Positions 17,192 through 23,493 of a DNA stretch of 23,493 nt are shown here, one piece after another. Source of the stretch: an uncultured Thermococci archaeon (lineage in GTDB: Archaea; CAYQAE01; CAYVLA01). The position numbers were made by a program, and so were the translations under genes. The stretch covers positions 1 to 23,493 of the forward strand of contig CAZJVP010000022.1 of the NCBI GenBank assembly GCA_964549615.1, read 5' to 3'. Below the pieces are notes generated by a model. It saw only the letters and a program-made list of their open reading frames with translations, did no database searches and was not told where the DNA came from. How positions within the stretch are numbered: position 1 is the first letter of the stretch; each line of letters opens with the position of its first letter.

Positions 17192-17203
17192 GGATATAAA
17201 TTG
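17192..17203 (-). promoter_or_regulatory. Putative TATA box for the peptidase gene
   Basis: TTTATAT on the minus strand (17200-17194), ~36 nt upstream of GTG 17158. Confidence 0.6.
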
Positions 17204-17232
17204 GTCTGAAGCAGCCTACTCCCCGGCGAGGC

Positions 17233-17433
17233 CTAGCATATGTAATCCGGGCAGGAGTTTTCCTTGGTGAATCTCGGTCTGCAGTTCATGCATACGCCCA
17301 TCGAGACGTCAAAGCATTCCAGACACACGACCTTCGCGCAGCCCATGCACCTTCGCAGGTTGGATGGGTTAACCCTCCGACCGCAGAGCGGGCAGGTCAC
17401 CCTCCTGACGACCTTCCGGTCCGGAGCCCACAC
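17233..17433 (-). CDS. Small zinc-finger protein with four CxxC pairs
   Basis: CPLC-x11-CMGC-x4-CLEC-x7-CMNC. TTTTTAT box (17463-17457) ~24 nt upstream of the GTG, consistent with a leaderless mRNA. Confidence 0.8.
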   Translation of the reverse strand: MWAPDRKVVRRVTCPLCGRRVNPSNLRRCMGCAKVVCLECFDVSMGVCMNCRPRFTKENSCPDYIC

Positions 17434-17661
17434 AACCCTATCTCGCCGCCTCCTGAATAAAAAGATGGTGCTGTCCGCGGTCTTCTAACGCCTAACGTCT
17501 ACCCCACCGTATGTCTTGTTCATCAAGAACTCTTCGGTCCATCGTTGCCCGTCTGCTTCTACCCGTATGATCGGGACGATCCAGGCATCTGCTTGGCGCT
17601 AGGTTCTGCTAACGCCAATTGCACCCTTCCACGCGTCCGTTACCCGTCCTGGTTGCTTCGG

Positions 17662-17770
17662 GGAACATACGGACTGCATGAAAACTGCATTGACAATCCA
17701 GGAAACTGCATGAGGACCGCACACAAACCCCATAGAAGGTGCATGCAGGCTACATGAAGACTGCACGGAC
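17662..17770 (+). repeat. Degenerate 11-bp-period tandem array (~10 units, consensus ACTGCATGAAR)
   Basis: Units start at 17662, 17673, 17684, 17695 (10 bp), 17705, 17716, 17727, 17738, 17749, 17760. CA is invariant at unit positions 5-6. Confidence 0.75.
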
Positions 17771-17871
17771 TGGGACCAGTTCCGGGTGTGCTCAGCGAAC
17801 CTAGGCTAGCCCAGATGATGGATACGGAAACATACTATCATACTGACGACATCAACAAGTTGCGACTGCTG

Positions 17872-17960
17872 TGGCTTCCTCTGGCTTGGGCTTGGCTTGG
17901 CCTCAGACACTTGGCCTGGCCTCAGGCGTCAGGTCAGGCCAGGCCAGGCCTGGCCTCAGG
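17872..17960. repeat. TGGCY/AGGCC pentamer tract with palindromes
   Basis: TGGCCTCAG x3 (17898, 17917, 17951). Inverted repeat TGGCCTGGCCT 17912-17922 / AGGCCAGGCCA 17936-17946. Perfect 16-bp palindrome AGGCCAGGCCTGGCCT at 17941-17956. Confidence 0.8.
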
Positions 17961-17974
17961 CAAAGCTTAAATGG
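17960..17974 (+). promoter_or_regulatory. Orphan BRE+TATA-like promoter with no credible downstream CDS
   Basis: GCAAAG-CTTAAAT (TATA-like 17966-17972). The expected start ~25 nt later falls on the GGGG run at 17995. Confidence 0.5.
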
Positions 17975-17994
17975 TCAAGATGCAGATAGATTAC

Positions 17995-18066
17995 GGGGTC
18001 GGGGAAGGTTCGTATCTCTTTTTCAAATCACCCCCCAAACAATCCCCCCTTTCCCGGCCCTTCCCC
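17995..18066 (+). ncRNA. Candidate small stem-closed RNA
   Basis: GGGTCGGGGAAGG (17996-18008) can pair with CCTTTCCCGGCCC (18048-18060): 13 bp with two G-U pairs. Begins at the predicted TSS. No known family recognised. Confidence 0.3.
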
Positions 18067-18331
18067 AGAAAGATTCAGAACCGCTGCGGAGAATGGACTC
18101 AGCCTCAGCTACCACGATACCCGGAATGCCCGGAAGGATGATCCTAGGCCCGATCCAAGACGCTGGTCAGGGCAGGGTTCTCCGAACCAGAGGTGATCTC
18201 AGGCCGATTTGGTCGATATGTCGCCATGGAACACAGGTTCGACAATCAACAGGAAGGCCAACAAGTCTAGGCCTCGCTCCCCAGCAAGCAACCCAACTCC
18301 TCTCGGGAAGCAGACCTGTAGAACCGTAGGT

Positions 18332-18772
18332 CTAGCGCAATCCTTTCTCCCAAGCCTTCACAACAGCGTTCATAACCCTCTTCGGGATCCATCCCTTGGC
18401 CGCCTGTTTGGCCACCACCAGCCTGTCATAATACACCCTATGGTACTTTATCTTGTCACCGCTAAACTCGTACACACAGACGGCCGGTGCTTCCCATCTC
18501 AACCCGCTAGTCATGCCCCTCAGCATATACTCACGGACCGCCTTTTTGCCCTGAACCATGATGCCGAACCCGGCATCCATGAAGGACAGTTCTTGAACGC
18601 GTGTGGAGTTCCAGGTCAGGAATCGCCTTATCTCGTCTTTGCCCACGAATCTGCCCTCTGGCGCAACCCAGGCTGCGTCTTCTGACAGGAAGGAAAGCGT
18701 CTTCTCAACATCCCTCTTGACAAAAGCTTCCGCAAAGCTCCGTATCGTAGTCTCGATCATTTCCTGAGACAT
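18332..18772 (-). CDS. SnoaL-like / NTF2-family protein (146 aa)
   Basis: F.EAF..RDVE....LSEDA.W..P.G.FVGKDEIRRF ... VYEF.GDKI...RVYYD pattern. ATG 18772 with SD GGGGTG. Confidence 0.88.
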   Translation of the reverse strand: MSQEMIETTIRSFAEAFVKRDVEKTLSFLSEDAAWVAPEGRFVGKDEIRRFLTWNSTRVQELSFMDAGFGIMVQGKKAVREYMLRGMTSGLRWEAPAVCVYEFSGDKIKYHRVYYDRLVVAKQAAKGWIPKRVMNAVVKAWEKGLR

Positions 18773-19069
18773 CTCGCCACCCCTTCTTTGGGCATCCATT
18801 ATCCAGGTATCCATATGGCGCCCCGCCGCTCGGCGCCGGGAGGAACCAAACCCCCCTTCAATATATCGTGGTTCTGCCATAAAAGGAATGCGGTCGGTGA
18901 GCTGTCGCAGCTGATCTTGAACCAGGCCTGTTCCAAGGTGAAACCAACAGATTCTCCGAGAGAGGTCCAGTATCCTGAACTGCCCTTCTCTGAAACGGCA
19001 GCACCACTCCCCATCCTTATAGCGGTCTAACGATGCCTCCCGGTGATGTTCAAACAGCACTCTCCGAGT

Positions 19070-19540
19070 AATGTGAGCGAAGTAGGCGACACCGCTCGGA
19101 GGGCAAGTCCCCCTATCTCCGATACCGGATAGAACTCCTCTAGATTCCCCCACCCCTCGGTCGGCTAGAGAGGACCCCACTCCAAGTCGACCTGTTTGAT
19201 TCCACAACCATCAACGATCAAGAGCTTCCTGGCGCTGGCGACCATTCCCAATGGATAGTCGGTCCTGACAGATACATTGCCACCTGCCCTAGATAGTATC
19301 GTTGGAGAAGAAGAACGAGACAGTACTCAGTCATATTCGGTTGGACAGGGCGATCGTTTCCCGAGGGCCGGCAGCCAGACCGATTTGGCTGAACTGTCGA
19401 GGCCCAGAACCAACCGACCCCATGGCTGCAACTAGGCAGAGTTCCTTGTCAAACACCAGGATCGATCCCCTCACCCTGCACGAAGGGTTCGGACCCTGCG
19501 GCTACTACGATCCAGTCGTCGGGGGCATAGTCGAGGATCC
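19070..19540 (-). pseudogene. Decayed 3'-half paralog of the adjacent NHL-repeat surface protein
   Basis: Manual translation gives LDYAPDDWIVVAAGS...GI/LVFDKE..GSVGSGPRQFSQI..ETIALSNRI*LSTVSFFFSNDT/DYPLGM...KLLIVDGCGIKQVDLEWGPL*PTE...PVSEIGGLAL. This aligns with VFDRE..GSAGSGPGQFSQV..DTIIVSDRYHSSTVSFFFRNGT..DHPTGL..RLLVGDGGGVKTIDVNWGSLHPIE..PITEAGMLAL of 19602..20807. Stops at 19333-19331 and 19167-19165, plus frameshifts. Confidence 0.85.
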
Positions 19541-19601
19541 TGAGCCATCATCCCCCTCCGGTCTACGCTATCGGAGGACAATAGTGTTTTGTACCTTAGT
19601 C

Positions 19602-20807
19602 TCAGGTCAAGAGGGCATTTCTTCTCGCTAGAGAAACAGAGAGGATCCCTACAAGGACCAAGAGGGCAAGCATTCCGGCCTCGGTGATTGGCTCAGGTCC
19701 AGGTTCGGGATTCGCTAGTATCTCTATCGGATGGAGGGAACCCCAATTCACATCTATGGTCTTGACACCTCCACCGTCTCCAACCAGCAGTCTCCCAGAT
19801 CGCATGATCAGGCCCGTGGGATGATCAAGCCCAGACACTCGCCCTGCGTAAGTCCCATTTCTGAAGAAGAAGGACACCGTGCTGGAATGGTATCGATCAG
19901 ACACAATGATGGTATCTCCGGGAGCTACGGCAAGACTGGTGACCTGGCTGAACTGCCCTGGCCCAGAGCCCGCGGAGCCGAAGGTAGTCACCCATCGGAA
20001 CTCCCGGTCAAAGACATGGACCCTCTCGGCTGTGTAGTAGGTTGTCGAGCCCTCCGCAATGATGATCCTGTCCTGTGAATCCACGGCAACATCGAAAGGC
20101 ACCCCGCAGTATGCCTTCTCTCCAGGCGGGTTGAACTTGAACGAGGTCGCAAGATCCATCAACCCCGGTTGCTTTCCCTGCTCGTATACTAGGATCCGCG
20201 AGTTCCCCGAGGACCTGTAGTCGCCCACGATCACCCTGTCCTTGGAGTCCACAGCCACAGACCAAGGAAATCCTACCTCTTCATCGGGCGGTATGGGTAA
20301 AGCACCTGACCAAGACAAATCGGGGCACAGGATCCATACGGTGGCATTTCTTGTATCCGCTATGTAGATGTTGCCCTGGGAGTCAACAGCCACATCGTGA
20401 CAGTCCTTCATCCAAGGAGCAGGAACGGTTGCACTACTGGAGTTGGCCAGGATCGCCTCCACCTGTCCCTTCTTGTTAATGACCAGCAATCTGTCATGGT
20501 GGTAATCAGCTATCAGGAGTCTTTGCCTTGGGGAATCGTAAGCCAACTGGACCCACTGACTTGTTGCCACATCCCCTAGGCCATCTGCCCGGGAGAATCC
20601 CGACGATACCTCCTCTAGGTAGGCCACGACCCCGGAATCGCTCGGCAACACTTCCCTACCCGTAGCGATGATAGGGTTTGCCACAATACAGACCATCAAG
20701 GAACCGATAAGGGAGAAAACTGCTGTGGACCTGTTCACTATAGACCTGTTCACTATAGACCTGTTCACCCAATCGTTCAAGCACAGTCCTCGGCACCGTC
20801 TTGTCAT
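19602..20807 (-). CDS. Secreted NHL-repeat (beta-propeller) protein with C-terminal membrane anchor
   Basis: Repeated DVAVDSQGNIYIADT.N, PWSVAVDSKDRVIVGD, PFDVAVDSQDRIIIAE, FGSAGSGPGQF. N-terminal hydrophobic signal and C-terminal PEPITE+TM+RR. SD GGAGGAG before ATG 20807. Confidence 0.92.
   Translation of the reverse strand: MTRRCRGLCLNDWVNRSIVNRSIVNRSTAVFSLIGSLMVCIVANPIIATGREVLPSDSGVVAYLEEVSSGFSRADGLGDVATSQWVQLAYDSPRQRLLIADYHHDRLLVINKKGQVEAILANSSSATVPAPWMKDCHDVAVDSQGNIYIADTRNATVWILCPDLSWSGALPIPPDEEVGFPWSVAVDSKDRVIVGDYRSSGNSRILVYEQGKQPGLMDLATSFKFNPPGEKAYCGVPFDVAVDSQDRIIIAEGSTTYYTAERVHVFDREFRWVTTFGSAGSGPGQFSQVTSLAVAPGDTIIVSDRYHSSTVSFFFRNGTYAGRVSGLDHPTGLIMRSGRLLVGDGGGVKTIDVNWGSLHPIEILANPEPGPEPITEAGMLALLVLVGILSVSLARRNALLT
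20728..20768. repeat. 15-bp perfect tandem repeat (2.7 copies) within the NHL gene N-terminus
   Basis: GACCTGTTCACTATA at 20728 and 20743 plus GACCTGTTCAC at 20758, encoding VNRSI-VNRSI-VNRST. Confidence 0.9.
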
Positions 20808-20822
20808 CGTAATCTCCTCCTT

Positions 20823-23493
20823 CTATGGCGCAAGATACCCCCAGAACTCCTGCTGTTTGGCCCACATATTGTTCACGACCAAATCCGGGTCATGATAGAA
20901 ACTTGAGGCGTACGAGTCGGGGTACCAGAACCAGACCAGGGCTATCGCGCTCTCGGTTGCATGGTTGTAGTAGTACTCCAAGGTGTAGTCACCAGGGGAT
21001 ATCTGGCTGCCGGTCTGGTTGTTATCCTCCTCGAAGAAGGGCGCGATCATATTCTCAGGCGGGTCGTACGCCTGACCGAAGATGATGAGCTTGGCGTTGG
21101 ACGACATCTCACCGGTGGCCCATGTTATGTCTTGGTCGATACAGTAGTGCGGATAGTAGGTGTTGGTGTCGCCCCTCGGATACAGAGGGTAGACATAAGG
21201 ATCGATCCCTACCCAGTCATCCCCGATTATGTAGTTGGATGCAATGGCATCGTAGCTTGCGAAGATGTTGTCATAGTCGAAGGGATCGAACCAGTCCATC
21301 GGCTGTGCATTCGGCTCGGGATCTGGATACAGCCATACGTTGTCGAAGTAGACCTGGTGCATACAGTTCTCCGAGTAGTCCTGCACCCAAACCCGGATCT
21401 TCACGGAATTGATCAGCCCATCAGGTCCCTGGACATAGCTAGTGACATCATGAGCTGGCCAGTCCACCCAGCCCGTATTGGCAGTTCCGCCCTCCACGAG
21501 CGGGAATGTGTGAAGGATGGTGCCCCACTCATCGAGCAACTCCACATACGCGTTGTTACCTGAAGCCACATCACACACGGCCTTGTACCTGAGGCTGAGA
21601 TAGACATCTGGGTCCGAGCCCTTCCACTCGCCTAACGAATAGATCGAACTGCTGGTCACGTTCTGGACACCCATACCAGTGCCAGTCTTGGAGATCTTCA
21701 GAACCCCGTCCTCTACCGCGGCGGTGTAGTAGCTTGCAGTGTTGTCCTCCCAGAAGTAGAAGCTGCCCGCCCTTTGGTTGCCGACTCTGTAGAAGTTCAG
21801 GAAGAGAGGCTTGCCACCGTAGATGCTTTCTGCTATGTTCCTCATGGTGGTCAGTTTCGAGAGGTTCATCTGGTTCCCATCGTAGAAGCTTATCGGCTCG
21901 TCAAAGAGCCAGACGGCCCGAACAGAGCCGTAGGCCCCGGAGTTGGTCAGCTTGTTCTTGTACTTTGTCAGCTCGGTCGTTGCTCCCGTTTCCTTGTCGC
22001 CGTCTTCCCAACCCGAGTCGAACCAGAGCCACCTGAGGGTGGTGTGTACGTCCAAGATTATCCCCAGACCATTCTCCACGGCAATTACTGGGTAGTTCTC
22101 GTTGTACCAGTCGGATTGACTATCGTAGATCTTGTCGGGTATGACTATGAGGTTGCTCTGGCTCGCCGCGGTCTGGATGTGGTACTGGTCAGTTTCAGGC
22201 ACACCGTAGTGCTCCCCTGTCCCGCTGTCTATGACCTGCATGTATCCGTATCCCATGGTCACTTTGAACCACCAGACCGGGCCCTCCGTTGTGTCGACGC
22301 CGTCGTCCGCGAGAACCCGCCAGTAATAGGTCGTGCGATAGCCTCTCTCTCCGATTGTGCAGCTCGAATCCCCGCCCTCGTAGATGAGGGTAGCGGGCGG
22401 GTTGGCCTCGTCGAGATAGACCCGGTAGGTCAGGCTGTCCCCATCCGGGTCCGTACATGTCCAGTCCATGTCTACGACAGGACGGGGAACCGTTGCCCAG
22501 TCCTGTGGAGATGGATCGGAAGGACTATTCGGCGGGCGATTGGTGGTGAAGCTCCACACATCCCCCTCGGTCATCTTCCCACCCGTGTCCTGGGAGACGA
22601 TCTGCCAGTAGTAGGTCGTGCCATGGTAGAGGCCGGTGATGTAGATCGATGTATCCGAGAACAGCCCAACGTAGTTCATCGGAGGAGAGTACAGATCAAG
22701 GTAGACGTGATAGTTCACCGTCTCGTTACCGTTGGGGTCCCCGCCGCTCCAAGAAAGGGTGAGGGAGGCCGCCTGGCGGGTCGCGCCGTCCGGGGGAGAC
22801 GGTTTGGAAGGAGCGTAGGGCGGATCGTTGGGTGGTGGTTCGTATCCGGTGGTGAAGTTCCACACAGGGCCTGTGGTATTGGCTCCATACTCATCCTCTG
22901 CAACGATCTTCCAGTAGTAGGTGGTCCCCTCGCTCAGATTGCTCTTTGGCAGGGTGTTTGTTGTGATCGTGGCGTTCAAGGCGGGGTCGGGGCTAGTTCC
23001 AAAGTAGACGTGGTGGTAGGCCACACTATCCCCTGGATCAGGATCCGAGCAGCTCCAGGTCAGGTTGAGGCTTCTCGAGGTCTCGTTGGTGCCACTTGCC
23101 GGAGAAGGACTGTTCGGTGTATCGGGCGGGTGGTTATAGCCTGTGCTGTAAAGCTTCACGTTGTCGAACCATGCCTGCTGGGCCCAGTAGGCGATCCAAC
23201 CATCCTGGATCCTGAGCCTGACCTGGACGCTGGAGCGTCCGGCAAGCATGCTGGTCACATCGAACACCTGGCCGTACGTCCACCCTGTGTCGTACGTGCC
23301 GCCAGCCACAAGCGTGATACTGCCCAGGCTTTGGGATCCGTCGTAGAAGTCGACCCTCGCGTTGGTCACCGTGCTGTAGGCCCAGTTGGATCTGGCCCTC
23401 CAGTCCAGCTTGAGGTACATCGTGCCCTGCCATCCGGTAATGTCGACCTGGCGGTAGATGTAGTGGTCCATGTCATAGGGATTCTCGTAGCCC
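20823..23493 (-). CDS. Large multidomain, probably extracellular protein (CBM-like module, 3 FN3-like repeats, putative glycoside hydrolase barrel); 5' end outside window
   Basis: Frame stays open upstream of ATG 23471 to the edge (GYENPYD-MDHY). Three N.PP..P..PSP...W...DP.G....Y.VY...TTYYW...D...G.VW.F repeats, two copies of a GGT..TGW...DVTS...QD...FDNV.LY module, and a C-terminal region with WLFDEP, GIDPY, GQAY. Confidence 0.88.
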   Translation of the reverse strand, partial: GYENPYDMDHYIYRQVDITGWQGTMYLKLDWRARSNWAYSTVTNARVDFYDGSQSLGSITLVAGGTYDTGWTYGQVFDVTSMLAGRSSVQVRLRIQDGWIAYWAQQAWFDNVKLYSTGYNHPPDTPNSPSPASGTNETSRSLNLTWSCSDPDPGDSVAYHHVYFGTSPDPALNATITTNTLPKSNLSEGTTYYWKIVAEDEYGANTTGPVWNFTTGYEPPPNDPPYAPSKPSPPDGATRQAASLTLSWSGGDPNGNETVNYHVYLDLYSPPMNYVGLFSDTSIYITGLYHGTTYYWQIVSQDTGGKMTEGDVWSFTTNRPPNSPSDPSPQDWATVPRPVVDMDWTCTDPDGDSLTYRVYLDEANPPATLIYEGGDSSCTIGERGYRTTYYWRVLADDGVDTTEGPVWWFKVTMGYGYMQVIDSGTGEHYGVPETDQYHIQTAASQSNLIVIPDKIYDSQSDWYNENYPVIAVENGLGIILDVHTTLRWLWFDSGWEDGDKETGATTELTKYKNKLTNSGAYGSVRAVWLFDEPISFYDGNQMNLSKLTTMRNIAESIYGGKPLFLNFYRVGNQRAGSFYFWEDNTASYYTAAVEDGVLKISKTGTGMGVQNVTSSSIYSLGEWKGSDPDVYLSLRYKAVCDVASGNNAYVELLDEWGTILHTFPLVEGGTANTGWVDWPAHDVTSYVQGPDGLINSVKIRVWVQDYSENCMHQVYFDNVWLYPDPEPNAQPMDWFDPFDYDNIFASYDAIASNYIIGDDWVGIDPYVYPLYPRGDTNTYYPHYCIDQDITWATGEMSSNAKLIIFGQAYDPPENMIAPFFEEDNNQTGSQISPGDYTLEYYYNHATESAIALVWFWYPDSYASSFYHDPDLVVNNMWAKQQEFWGYLAP

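Noticed and set aside
17662-17960. CRISPR array or chromosomal origin (ORB) interpretation of the repeats
   Set aside because: There are no 24-40-bp identical repeats with spacers, no cas genes, no full ORB consensus with G-string, and no orc1/cdc6 gene in the window.
17995-18066. tRNA or C/D-box sRNA
   Set aside because: No cloverleaf could be built despite GGTTCG at 18007, and there are no RUGAUGA or CUGA boxes.
17545-18329. ORFs 17545..17757, 17788..17970 and 17871..18329
   Set aside because: They are translations of the repeat tracts with low-complexity products and no SD or motif support. Short protein-like scraps near 17490-17650 and 18160-18270 were too weak to call.
18773-19207. 145-aa N-terminal extension of the SnoaL ORF
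   Set aside because: It reads through pseudogene debris. The domain and SD support ATG 18772.
19302-19631. Plus-strand 109-aa ORF
   Set aside because: It is antisense to the NHL pseudogene, which explains this sequence better.

Overview
GC-rich window that looks archaeal: BRE/TATA-like boxes sit about 25-65 nt before starts, Shine-Dalgarno (SD) motifs are GGTGA/GGAGG, and AGG/ATA codons are frequent. The left ~17.4 kb is densely coding. It starts with a stomatin/SPFH gene running off the left edge. Next is a tightly coupled 7-gene minus-strand operon (Gfo/Idh/MocA oxidoreductase, metal-ligand-deficient M24-fold protein, LarA-family nickel-pincer epimerase, atypical amidohydrolase, YjbQ, PfkB kinase, DegT-type PLP aminotransferase) that looks like an uncharacterised sugar, sugar-acid or amino-sugar pathway. 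Then come a CDF metal transporter, a GH51 alpha-L-arabinofuranosidase, a 4-gene ABC-2 exporter operon, a membrane-anchored protein, a radical SAM enzyme resembling GDGT-lipid-modifying Grs/Gms enzymes, a divergent Xaa-Pro peptidase and a small 4xCxxC zinc-finger protein. The right ~6 kb is visibly less GC-rich and accessory-like. It holds a ~0.9-kb non-coding segment (11-bp phased repeat array, palindromic GGCC pentamer tract, orphan promoter followed by a stem-closed element), a SnoaL/NTF2-like gene, a decayed tandem paralog of the neighbouring NHL-repeat surface protein, that NHL gene, and a large multidomain protein (CBM-like + 3xFN3 + putative glycoside hydrolase barrel) running off the right edge. 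No rRNA, tRNA, CRISPR array, transposase or integrase was seen. Family calls come from recalled motifs, not database searches.
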